Program-made: the position numbers and the translations under genes
The notes under the pieces: model-generated
Database searches by the model: none
Told to the model about the DNA's origin: nothing
What the model saw: only the letters and a program-made list of their open reading frames with translations
Source: Alphaproteobacteria bacterium
GTDB lineage: Bacteria > Pseudomonadota > Alphaproteobacteria > RF32 > CAG-239
Assembly (NCBI GenBank): GCA_017621635.1
Contig: JAGASU010000107.1
Span: 239-64,238, forward strand
Length of the DNA: 64,000 bases
Reading direction: 5' to 3'
Part shown: one piece after another, positions 55,681 to 64,000 of the stretch
How the letters are laid out: the number at the start of each line of letters is the position of its first letter
Position numbering within the stretch: the first letter of the stretch is position 1

Positions 55681-55836
55681 AGGCTCGATTAAACAATTTT
55701 GTTGAAATAAAATTTAATTTATAATTTGTGTGCTTTGCACGAGTTATGGATTACCACGCCTTTGTGTGACTTACGTCACAGGCTCGTAATGACTCGGGTT
55801 GAGTTGTGTCTTTCAACAAAATTATTTAACTAAGCT
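55681..55836. mobile_element. MITE-like element (copy D)
   Basis: AGGCTCGATTAAACAATTTTGTTGAAA ... TTTCAACAAAATTATTTAACTAAGCT. The internal unit is of the ATTAC/GTAAT type with a TGTGAC-TTAC-GTCACA hairpin. Confidence 0.8.
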
Positions 55837-56011
55837 TTATTTTAAGTCCGGTGGTTAGTTTAGGATGAGCGGCCGTAAAAACAATTTTATAGTTCTTTTT
55901 ATACACAACATACGGAATTGAGATTTTTGTTAATAAACGCATAAAATAAATACATTTCTTTTTAAACTGATTATAAAAAGCTCATAGTAAGATTTTACCG
56001 GAGAGAGTGTT

Positions 56012-56674
56012 TTGGGAAAGAAAATATCGGTTGCAAAAATTAAAGAGTACAGCAAAGAGCTTGAGGCGCGTGTTCCGAAAGAATATCGTCATGAAGTTTA
56101 CCGCAAAGGGATTCATTTGAGCTCTTTGTGGATTCCGGCGTTGATTTATTTCAGCAATACGATTATTGCAACTTGTGTGTTTTTATTAGCACTTATCGGG
56201 GAGATTTTTTTAGAATACGGCAATTATAAAAAATGGAAATGGGCCAGAATTTTATTTATGTTGCCCTTTATGGCTGTTTTGAGAAACAGCGAACGCCAAC
56301 ATAAACGTTTTAACTTAACAGGTGGCGTTTATATTTTAGCGTCATCGCTTATTTGCACGCTTTTGTTTTCGCCGGTGATTGCGGCGATTGCCTTGACGGT
56401 TATGCTGATTTCTGATACTTTGGCGGCGTTGGTCGGCAAAGCTATCGGCCAGCGTAAAATATACAGAAACAAGACATTAGAGGGGACAGTTGCTTTTTTT
56501 GTCAGCGCGCTTTTGATTATGATGTTATTTAACCCGCTTTTTACTTTTACATACGTTAGCGTTATCGCTTGCTTTGCCGCGGTGTTTATGGAGCTTTTTG
56601 AGCATTGGTTTGAACTTGATGATAATTTCTCCATTCCGCTTGTTATCGGGATTATTTTGACGGTTATCGTCTAA
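56012..56674 (+). CDS. Polyprenol/dolichol/phytol kinase-like (cytidylyltransferase family) membrane protein
   Basis: EVYRKGIHLSS and multiple TM segments. TTG start 5 nt after GGAGAGAG. Confidence 0.5.
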   Translation: MGKKISVAKIKEYSKELEARVPKEYRHEVYRKGIHLSSLWIPALIYFSNTIIATCVFLLALIGEIFLEYGNYKKWKWARILFMLPFMAVLRNSERQHKRFNLTGGVYILASSLICTLLFSPVIAAIALTVMLISDTLAALVGKAIGQRKIYRNKTLEGTVAFFVSALLIMMLFNPLFTFTYVSVIACFAAVFMELFEHWFELDDNFSIPLVIGIILTVIV

Positions 56675-56829
56675 AACGCTTGTTAAAAAACTTAATTTTA
56701 AATTAAAAAAAAGCTTTACATTTTATTTTTTTTAAGTATAAATGGGTGTCGTAAATGACGGTCAGGGCTAATGGCATGCCTTGCTGTTATGCGTAAATCC
56801 AAGTTAAAATTTAATTGAAAGGGATTGAA

Positions 56830-57027
56830 ATGCCTAAATTAAAAACAAAAAGTTCGGCAAAGAAACGCTTTAGCGTTACCGGAACCGGCAAATTAAAAAG
56901 AAATTTTGCGAAAAAGAGACACTGCCTCTTCTGCAAAAGCCAGAAAATGAAAAGACAAGCTCGCGGCACAACCTTGTTGTCTGAGGTTGATGTTCAGATT
57001 GTTAAAAAGTTTTTACCTTATTTGTAG
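56830..57027 (+). CDS. rpmI: 50S ribosomal protein L35
   Basis: MPKLKTKSSAKKRF. Confidence 0.93.
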   Translation: MPKLKTKSSAKKRFSVTGTGKLKRNFAKKRHCLFCKSQKMKRQARGTTLLSEVDVQIVKKFLPYL

Positions 57028-57042
57028 TTGGAGGATTTATAG

Positions 57043-57402
57043 ATGTCTCGTGTTAAAAGAGGTGTTACAGCACACGCTCGCCATAAAAAGATTTTAGATA
57101 TGGCGAAAGGTTACAGAGGACGCAATAAAAACGTTTTCAGAGTAGCTGTTGAAAAAGTTGAAAAAGGTTTGCAGTATGCTTATCGTGACAGAAAGGCTAA
57201 GAAGAGATCTTTCCGCTCATTGTGGATTCAGCGTATTAATGCTGCAACCCGTTTGAATGATATGACTTATTCCCGATTTATCAGCGGGCTTGCGAAAGCC
57301 GGTATTGAGCTTGACCGCAAAGTTCTTGCTGATATCGCTTTCAAAGAGCCCCAAGCTTTTGCTAAGTTAGTAGAAACTGCCAAAGCGGCTCTTGCTAAAT
57401 AA
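57043..57402 (+). CDS. rplT: 50S ribosomal protein L20
   Basis: [23 protein letters not shown]. Confidence 0.95.
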   Translation: MSRVKRGVTAHARHKKILDMAKGYRGRNKNVFRVAVEKVEKGLQYAYRDRKAKKRSFRSLWIQRINAATRLNDMTYSRFISGLAKAGIELDRKVLADIAFKEPQAFAKLVETAKAALAK

Positions 57403-57428
57403 GATTTTAGTATAGTTTATATCAGTTA

Positions 57429-57470
57429 AAAAGAGTCGTCTTGGGAAACCTTGATGACTCTTTTGTGTTT
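57429..57470 (+). terminator. Hairpin terminator/attenuator between rplT and pheS
   Basis: AAGAGTC..GACTCTT stem followed by TTGTGTTT. Confidence 0.5.
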
Positions 57471-57539
57471 AAAATTTTGGCTGTATAGTCTTTGGAGTGA
57501 AGAGAAATAAAGGTTTTTAAACCAAGTATATAAGGTGAT

Positions 57540-58652
57540 ATGATGAGTGATATTGAGATTATAAAAACAGAAATTGAGGCACAGATTGCCAGTGTGCAAG
57601 ATATAAAGGCGCTTGATGACGTGCGTGTTGCGGCACTTGGCAAAAAAGGACGGATTACCGAGCTTTTAAAAACGCTTGGAGGAATGCCGGTCGCGGAGAG
57701 AATCGAGTTTGGCAAAAAAATCAATGTGATTAAGGCCGAACTGGAAGCTAAAATTGCGGCTAAGAAACAAGAGCTTGAAACAAAACTTTTAAATGAAAAG
57801 CTTAAAAGCGAAGTGATTGACGTGACGTTGCCGTGCCGGCCGGAAGTTCAGGGGCGTATTCATCCTGTTTCTAAAGTATATGAAGAACTCGTGGCGATTT
57901 TTGCCGAGATGGGATTTGAAGTGGCGGAAGGACCGGACATTGAAGACCAGTTTCATAACTTTAATGCACTCAATACGCCGCCAAACCACCCTGCAAGACA
58001 GATGCAAGATACGTTTTACATCAATAATGATGTAAGCAAAGAGTTTGATTTAGATAACGCTTACGTTGTACGGACACAGACCTCCAGTATGCAAATCCGC
58101 ACGATGGAAAAGAAACAGCCGCCTATTCGCATTATTGCACCGGGACGTACCTATCGTTCAGATTATGACGCCACACATACGCCGATGTTTCATCAGATTG
58201 AGGGCTTGGTGGTGGACAAGACAACAACGCTTGCACACCTTAAGGGCTGTTTGTATGATGTGATGAAAGCCTTTTTTGAAGTGGACGAATTGCCGGTTCG
58301 CTTCCGTCCGTCTTATTTTCCGTTTACCGAGCCTTCGGCTGAGATGGATATTGGCTGTTTGAAGACTAAAAACGAGCTTAAAATCGGCGCCGGTACAGAT
58401 TGGCTGGAGATTTTGGGCTGCGGTATGGTACATCCGAATGTTTTGCGTGCGTGCGGTATCGACCCAGAGGAATATCAGGGTTTTGCGTTTGGTATGGGCA
58501 TGGACAGACTTGCTATGCTCAAATATGGTATACCGGACTTGAGGACGTTTTTTGAATCTGACGTTCGCTGGCTTAAAAACTATGGATTTACGGCGCTTGA
58601 TTTTTCTTCAATGACAAGCGGGTTGAGCAATAACGGAGGATTAGCACGATGA
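57540..58652 (+). CDS. pheS: Phenylalanine--tRNA ligase alpha subunit
   Basis: HPARQMQDTFY, FRPSYFPFTEPS and GMGMDRLAML. Confidence 0.95.
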   Translation: MMSDIEIIKTEIEAQIASVQDIKALDDVRVAALGKKGRITELLKTLGGMPVAERIEFGKKINVIKAELEAKIAAKKQELETKLLNEKLKSEVIDVTLPCRPEVQGRIHPVSKVYEELVAIFAEMGFEVAEGPDIEDQFHNFNALNTPPNHPARQMQDTFYINNDVSKEFDLDNAYVVRTQTSSMQIRTMEKKQPPIRIIAPGRTYRSDYDATHTPMFHQIEGLVVDKTTTLAHLKGCLYDVMKAFFEVDELPVRFRPSYFPFTEPSAEMDIGCLKTKNELKIGAGTDWLEILGCGMVHPNVLRACGIDPEEYQGFAFGMGMDRLAMLKYGIPDLRTFFESDVRWLKNYGFTALDFSSMTSGLSNNGGLAR

Positions 58653-61033
58653 AATTTACTTTATCTTGGTTAAAAGAACATTTAGATACGACGGCTTCGG
58701 TTGATGAGATTGTGGAAACATTAACGCGAATCGGTTTAGAAGTTGAAGAAGTTATCAATCCGGCGGCGGCGCTTGACGGGTTTAACACGGCAAAAATCGA
58801 AACGGTTGAAATGCACCCTGATTCTGACCATTTGCATATATTGCGTGTTAACACCGGAAAGGAAACGCTGCAGGTTGTCTGCGGGGCGCCGAATGTTCAT
58901 GAGGGCTTAATTGGTATTTATGCCCCGACGGGGGCGCTTATTCCCTGTTACGGCGAGCGCTTGAAGGTTGCCAAAATCCGCGGTGTTGAGAGTATGGGCA
59001 TGATGTGCTCGGAAAAAGAACTGATGGTGGGTGACGACCACAGCGGGATTATCGAACTGCCGGCGGATACGGCTATCGGTGTGCCTGCGGCAGAAATTTT
59101 GAAGATTGATCCGGTGATTGAAGTTTCGATTACGCCGAACAGAGCTGAATGTTTGGGTGTGCGCGGTATTGCGCGTGATTTGGCAGCGGCAGGGCTTGGC
59201 ACTTTAAAACCGCTCAATGTTAAAGAAATTAAAGGAACATTTAAAAGCCCGATTTCGGTTAATGTGATGTGCAAAGACGCTTGCCCGACGTATACGGCAC
59301 GTTATATCAAAGGTGTTAACAACAAAGCAGAAACGCCAAAATGGATGAAAGATCTCTTAACTGCTATCGGTTTGCGGCCTATTTCCGCTTTGGTTGATAT
59401 TACCAATTACATTAACTATGATTTGGCTCGCCCGTTACACGTTTTTGATGCAGACAAACTTGTTGGCAATGTGACGGTACGCATGGCGGCAAACGGCGAA
59501 GAATTTGTTGCTTTAAACGAAAAAAGCTATGTTTTGGACGATAAATCTTTGGGAATTTGCGATGACGAAGGTGTTCAGTGTTTAGGCGGTATTATGGGTG
59601 GTTTGAGCAAAGGAAGCTTTGAAGACACAACTAATGTTTTGCTCGAATGTGCTTTGTTTAATCCGGTGTGCATTGCCCGCACGGGGCGCAAATTACAGCT
59701 TGATTCCGACTCGAGGGCGCGCTATGAGCGCTGGGTTGACCCGATGTCTAATATCTCAGGCAATAACTACGCAACGCAAATGATTTTGGATATTTGCGGC
59801 GGCGAGGCTTCTGAGATTGAAGTTGCCGGTGAAGAAAAATTTGAGGCTAAACCGGTTCAGCTCAGGATGGCAAAAATGAAGAGTTTTGTCGGGATGGAGA
59901 TTGAGCAGGAAAAATGCGCGGCTATTTTACGCAACCTCGGGTTTAAGGTTAGCGAAAGCGAAGGCGTGATTACGGCTGTTTCTCCGTCTTGGCGCGGCGA
60001 TATTGAGTGCGAACAGGATTTGATTGAGGAAGTTGTGCGCATGGTCGGGCTTGATAATATTCCGGCTGTTTCCATGAAAACGGCAGATTTCCCGAAACCG
60101 GTTTTGACAACATTACAAAACAACGTGATGATGGTTAAACATGAGCTTGCAATGCGCGGAATGTATGAAACTGTGACATTCAGCTTTACGGACAGCGCTA
60201 TTGCCAAATATTTCCGCAGAGGGCATGCGCCTGTTGATATTCAAAACCCGATTATCAATGAGCTTGATGAAATGAGACCGTCTTTATTGCCTAACCTTTT
60301 AATCGGGGCGAAAAACAACATTGCCCGCGGGTATACAAATTTGGCCATTTTTGAGGTTGCACCGGAATTTTTCGGGCGTAACCCAGGGGAGCAACAGACA
60401 GCGGCAAGCGGTATCTTGGTTGGCAAAACCAGCAAAAAAGACTGGAACGGAACTTCGCGTGCTTATGATGTGTTTGACGCAAAAGCGGCGGCTTTGGCTG
60501 CGATTGGGGCGGCTAAGGGACCGATTGAAGCGCCGCAAATTACCACTGACGCACCTCAATATTATCATCCGGGGCGGAGCGGAGCCATCCGTTTGGGAAG
60601 AAATGTTTTAGCCTACTTCGGTGAATTACATCCGGCAGTTTTGAAAACTTTAGACATTAAAACCAACGTGATGGCGTTTGAGGTGTTTTTAGAAAATATC
60701 CCTGCCCCGCGCGACGGCAAATCCAAGGCAAAGAAAAAACTGGAGCTTTCAACCTTGCAACCGGTTGAGAAAGATTTGGCGTTTGTGTGCGACAAAAATG
60801 TTCCATCAATTAATATTGTTACGGCGGCGAAAACGGCTGACCGCGAGAATATTACCGATGTGCGGATTTTTGATGTTTATGAGGGCGAAAATTTAGCTCA
60901 AGATAAAAAATCTATCGCGATCACGGTAACTTTCCAACCAAAAGAAAAATCTTATACCGACGCGGAACTTGAAACGCTGATGAATAAGGTTATCTTTGAA
61001 GTGGGTAAAAAGACCGGCGCGGCGTTGCGCTAA
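58649..61033 (+). CDS. pheT: Phenylalanine--tRNA ligase beta subunit
   Basis: MKFTLSWLKEHL.., tRNA-binding, B3/4, B5 and FDX-ACB order. ATGA overlap with pheS. Confidence 0.95.
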   Translation: MKFTLSWLKEHLDTTASVDEIVETLTRIGLEVEEVINPAAALDGFNTAKIETVEMHPDSDHLHILRVNTGKETLQVVCGAPNVHEGLIGIYAPTGALIPCYGERLKVAKIRGVESMGMMCSEKELMVGDDHSGIIELPADTAIGVPAAEILKIDPVIEVSITPNRAECLGVRGIARDLAAAGLGTLKPLNVKEIKGTFKSPISVNVMCKDACPTYTARYIKGVNNKAETPKWMKDLLTAIGLRPISALVDITNYINYDLARPLHVFDADKLVGNVTVRMAANGEEFVALNEKSYVLDDKSLGICDDEGVQCLGGIMGGLSKGSFEDTTNVLLECALFNPVCIARTGRKLQLDSDSRARYERWVDPMSNISGNNYATQMILDICGGEASEIEVAGEEKFEAKPVQLRMAKMKSFVGMEIEQEKCAAILRNLGFKVSESEGVITAVSPSWRGDIECEQDLIEEVVRMVGLDNIPAVSMKTADFPKPVLTTLQNNVMMVKHELAMRGMYETVTFSFTDSAIAKYFRRGHAPVDIQNPIINELDEMRPSLLPNLLIGAKNNIARGYTNLAIFEVAPEFFGRNPGEQQTAASGILVGKTSKKDWNGTSRAYDVFDAKAAALAAIGAAKGPIEAPQITTDAPQYYHPGRSGAIRLGRNVLAYFGELHPAVLKTLDIKTNVMAFEVFLENIPAPRDGKSKAKKKLELSTLQPVEKDLAFVCDKNVPSINIVTAAKTADRENITDVRIFDVYEGENLAQDKKSIAITVTFQPKEKSYTDAELETLMNKVIFEVGKKTGAALR

Positions 61034-61055
61034 GTTTTTGCCTTGCGTTTTTTCA

Positions 61056-61085
61056 CAGCCGCAGAATTCTGCGGCTGTTTTTTTT
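61056..61085 (+). terminator. Intrinsic terminator of pheT
   Basis: CAGCCGCAG-AATT-CTGCGGCTG followed by T8. Confidence 0.88.
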
Positions 61086-61341
61086 ACTTGACTTGTCTTT
61101 TTTTGTAACCTAGTTTTAAGGTGTATCGGCTGATTACCGATATGAGGTTTAGAAGCCTCTCAAAGGTTGTCCGTTTATGGATATAAAACTACCTTTTTGC
61201 ATAAAGCAGGAAGGTAGTTAATAAGGTATATATGTTTATATATGCTCAATACCTACACTATTTCCTTTGAATAGCTTCTAACTTCCTGCTGCCTCTCATC
61301 AAGGCGGCATTTGTTTTATGGATAAAATTAGGAGTGTCGGT

Positions 61342-62004
61342 ATGAAATTATTTTATATAGAGCAAAAAGGGCGGTCTATGATTGAGATGTTAGGGGTGTT
61401 AGCTATTGTGGGGATTTTATCTGTCGGGGCGATTTCCGGCTATTCGACTGCGATGAGGAAATACAAAATCAACAGACTTAAAGATGAATATACACAGTTT
61501 ATCCATGATGTTTTGCTCTATGACAATGAGTGGAAGAAAATGGCCAGACAGAATCCTGATGTAAAACTTTTTTCAATTCAAAATTATGTTACTCAGATGA
61601 ATTTGCTCCCTAAATTATGGATTCTAGATAAAACCGGTTGGATTATAGACAGCATGGGCGGACAATTTAGTATTTTTGTAAGACGACCTTCGGGAAAAAT
61701 CGATATTGACTACCAAACCAAAGGAACGCAAAAAAGCAATGCTGATGCGAAAGATTTATGTATAGCTATGGCTTATGACGTGTTTAAACCAATGTCTGCA
61801 AATGTTTATACCTTATCTGCCTACACTGAAAAATATAATGATGACAATAAACACACCGGCTCGGCGAACCTTCTATGGTATGGAGATTCTTATTGCGGCG
61901 GGAATAGAAAATGTTTGAGCGATTTAAGTCTTTCTGACATTATAACGCATTGCACATCTTGCGCCCATAACGACACCTGTCGTTGGATTATTCAATTTGA
62001 ATAG
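61342..62004 (+). CDS. Prepilin-type (type IV pilin / T2SS pseudopilin-like) protein
   Basis: ATG at 61342 follows AGGAG. Leader MKLFYIEQKG, then RSMIEMLGVLAIVGILSVGAISGY with Glu at +5. Cys-rich C-terminus. Confidence 0.65.
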   Translation: MKLFYIEQKGRSMIEMLGVLAIVGILSVGAISGYSTAMRKYKINRLKDEYTQFIHDVLLYDNEWKKMARQNPDVKLFSIQNYVTQMNLLPKLWILDKTGWIIDSMGGQFSIFVRRPSGKIDIDYQTKGTQKSNADAKDLCIAMAYDVFKPMSANVYTLSAYTEKYNDDNKHTGSANLLWYGDSYCGGNRKCLSDLSLSDIITHCTSCAHNDTCRWIIQFE

Positions 62005-62007
62005 AAC

Positions 62008-62379
62008 TTATTGCTCAGCAAAATTCAACGTGACATCATTTCCTTTAAGCTCGAGGTTTTTATTGTTTAAGGTATAGGTTTTGATTTTGCCTAGATTTTG
62101 AAAATAATCGGTTTCTTTTTTCATCTCGGGTTCGGGAGCGGCCATCATGGTTGAGCCTTGAAGGTTCAAAGTAATATTTTTATTATCAATTTTATATTCG
62201 CCAAAATAGTTGTTCACAGCTTGGCCGTAAAAACGAGGCTCTTTGGCGTCAAAGGTGATGGTGATGGCTTTTTCGGGCAACAAAGCGTAAGTTTTGCCGA
62301 CCGGTGTTTGGTCTGTTTTTGAGCAGGCGGTGAGCGCTACTGCGGCGATGAGGGTGGATATGGATAACAGTTTTTTCAT
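62008..62379 (-). CDS. META-domain (HslJ-like) lipoprotein
   Basis: Lipobox LTAC, and GQAVNNYFGEYKIDNKNITL..STMMA. Confidence 0.6.
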   Translation of the reverse strand: MKKLLSISTLIAAVALTACSKTDQTPVGKTYALLPEKAITITFDAKEPRFYGQAVNNYFGEYKIDNKNITLNLQGSTMMAAPEPEMKKETDYFQNLGKIKTYTLNNKNLELKGNDVTLNFAEQ

Positions 62380-62386
62380 TTTATTC

Positions 62387-62498
62387 TCCTAAATTGGCGT
62401 GCTTTCGCACCAGTTATGGTTTGCTTCGCTTTATGCCTTACGGCGGCTCGCAATGACGATACGGTTGGGTGTGCTTTCGCACCAGTTATTTTATGCCT
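62387..62498. repeat. REP-like hairpin units, two partial copies (copy F)
   Basis: GTGC-TTTC-GCAC hairpin + CAGTTATGGTTTGC..GCC-TTAC-GGC..CTCGCAATGAC, then a second truncated unit. Confidence 0.7.
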
Positions 62499-62647
62499 TA
62501 TGAGGGCGATATGGTCTTTGTTTTGAATTTATATAGCAAAGTCAGAGCAAAAATACAAGATATTTTACACAATTAAAAAAACATATTGACTTTTTAATAT
62601 GTAGCAATTATACTATATATTGTTTTTGATATGTATGGAGTTTTGAA

Positions 62648-63244
62648 ATGAAAAAAGCAGAGAATGTAAAAGAATTTGTGGAGCGGATTGACGCGACGAA
62701 GAAGGTTAACCCGAAAGATTTATCGTCTGACCAAGATTTGACGATTGCGATTATGAATTTGATTTCGATTGAAGAGCATTTAGTGTTTTCGGGGGCGAAA
62801 ACCGGCAAGACGTCGTTTTATGATTTGATTGAAGATGTGCGTGAAACGCGCAAAAAACTTATGCTTAAAATTATTCCAAGTTATGAGGGCGAAGTTTGGT
62901 GTATTTCCAAACACTTGCTGGCGTCTTCGATGCGTCTGATGGAAGTCGGCACCAAGCAGCAGAGCTTGGGTAACAAGGAGCAGGCGTACGATTTGTTTAA
63001 TAAGGCGTATGACCTTTACTGCCTGTTTTGGGGCTTGAATATGAATATGCTCGATGTGTCGGAAATGAAATGGCTTGAAGACAGCGTGGAAGACATTAAG
63101 CGCATTAGCGAGAAAGTGAACGCGGCGGCGCCTTTGGCAAATGTTTCTGAGGTTAAAGATGAGGAAGCGACTGATGAACCGAAGACGGCGTTTTCGAAGA
63201 TGAAAGCGTTTGTCAGAAAAGCGGTTGATTGTTGCATTGAGTAA
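62648..63244 (+). CDS. Hypothetical protein
   Basis: GGAG SD and a 198-aa ORF; no recognisable motif. Confidence 0.6.
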   Translation: MKKAENVKEFVERIDATKKVNPKDLSSDQDLTIAIMNLISIEEHLVFSGAKTGKTSFYDLIEDVRETRKKLMLKIIPSYEGEVWCISKHLLASSMRLMEVGTKQQSLGNKEQAYDLFNKAYDLYCLFWGLNMNMLDVSEMKWLEDSVEDIKRISEKVNAAAPLANVSEVKDEEATDEPKTAFSKMKAFVRKAVDCCIE

Positions 63245-63257
63245 AGGGGAATTGATT

Positions 63258-63602
63258 ATGCGAAAAATTTTATTAGCGTTGGCGTTGGTCTTGTTTGGTT
63301 TTAATGCGATGGCAGCGGAGGAGTTGGCGGGTGATAAGATTTATTTTTTCACCCATAACGGCTGCCCGTATTGTGAAGCGGCAGAGGCGTATATCAGCCA
63401 AAATATGAAGAACTCGGCAATTGAACAAGTGAGCATTGACAAGCCGGGCGGGATGTATTTGTTTAGAAAATGCGTGCAAAAATTTAAGCTCGGCAGAGAG
63501 GTCGGCACGCCGCTGTTTTGCATGGGCGATGAGTACCTGATGGGGTGGTCTGATGACAATCAACGAAAGCTGGTTGAGCTGAGTAAGAAGTTTGGGAAAT
63601 AA
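63258..63602 (+). CDS. Exported glutaredoxin-like protein
   Basis: Signal peptide MRKILLALALVLFGFNAMA, CPYC active site and GTPLF. Confidence 0.75.
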   Translation: MRKILLALALVLFGFNAMAAEELAGDKIYFFTHNGCPYCEAAEAYISQNMKNSAIEQVSIDKPGGMYLFRKCVQKFKLGREVGTPLFCMGDEYLMGWSDDNQRKLVELSKKFGK

Positions 63603-63629
63603 GGTAGGCTTAAATTATGCTTTGCGCTG

Positions 63630-64000
63630 CTATGATTTGATAAGGTAACGCTAAGGCGTTTAGTTATGGATTGTACCGCTACGAAAAGCTACGCTTTTTT
63701 ATAATTTGTGTGACTAAGTCACAAGTTATGGATTACCACGCCCTTGTGTGACTTACGTCACGGGGCTCGTAATGACTCACAAAGAGAGGACGTTCTGGAC
63801 TTGCAATGACGAAGAAGATAAATATAACGGCGTACCTCGCAATGACTCGTGGGGAGAGTGGTCGTCTCTTTCCAGCAAAGCTAAGAGAAGTTTGCTCTGC
63901 TACGAAGCTTCATCTTATTATAATTTGTGTGCTTGCGCACAAGTTGTGGATTGCCATGGTTGCTTATGGCTGACGCCATGCACCTCGCAATGACTCGGAG
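63630..64000. repeat. Composite array of REP-like hairpin modules (copy G), cut by the window end
   Basis: At least five modules, including two full GTT(A/G)TGGATT(A/G)C..C(T/C)CG(T/C)AATGACTC units and one AGCAAAGCTAAGAGAAGTTTGCT hairpin. Confidence 0.8.

Overview
AT-rich (about 40% GC by eye) bacterial chromosomal segment using the standard genetic code. My guess is a host-associated or uncultured lineage: the pseudopilin N-terminus, ankyrin protein, TspO and reduced respiratory genes suggest this, but the taxon call is low confidence.

The backbone is housekeeping: alaS, aspS, pheS-pheT, rpmI-rplT, map, apt, mnmA, rnj, rnd, birA, tRNA-Lys(UUU) and tRNA-Thr(UGU). Accessory material is interspersed:

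1. Left end (1-4.2 kb): remnant of a small mobile or plasmid-like element. It has a GC-rich foreign gene fragment, an HTH-Fic protein with a degenerate active site, a DUF3768 gene, an HUH rolling-circle Rep-like gene, a structured non-coding region and two 135-bp direct repeats.
2. A 903-aa protein with eight 39-aa tandem repeats and a C-terminal GNAT-like domain.
3. Three tandem paralogous membrane-protein genes, each with its own promoter and terminator.
4. A glycan-type locus: GT92-like, DUF1847, MFS and CgeB-like genes.
5. An orphan, degenerate NuoL/M/N-like trio translationally coupled to birA.
6. A tRNA-Lys-adjacent islet: ankyrin protein, RlmN/Cfr-like radical SAM enzyme, DUF1566-like protein.
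7. A modular hairpin-repeat family (REP/BIME-like units, some packaged as about 150-bp MITEs with 19-bp terminal inverted repeats) at seven intergenic sites.
8. The most interesting item to me: two tandem ~200-nt structured RNA elements at 50.38-50.87 kb on the minus strand. Each has its own promoter-like signal and intrinsic terminator, plus compensatory base changes between copies, and they sit immediately upstream of a PEGA-like lipoprotein gene.

No CRISPR array, rRNA, intact transposase or integrase was seen. All calls come from reading the sequence and ORF translations. No database search was run, so family names are motif-based recollections.
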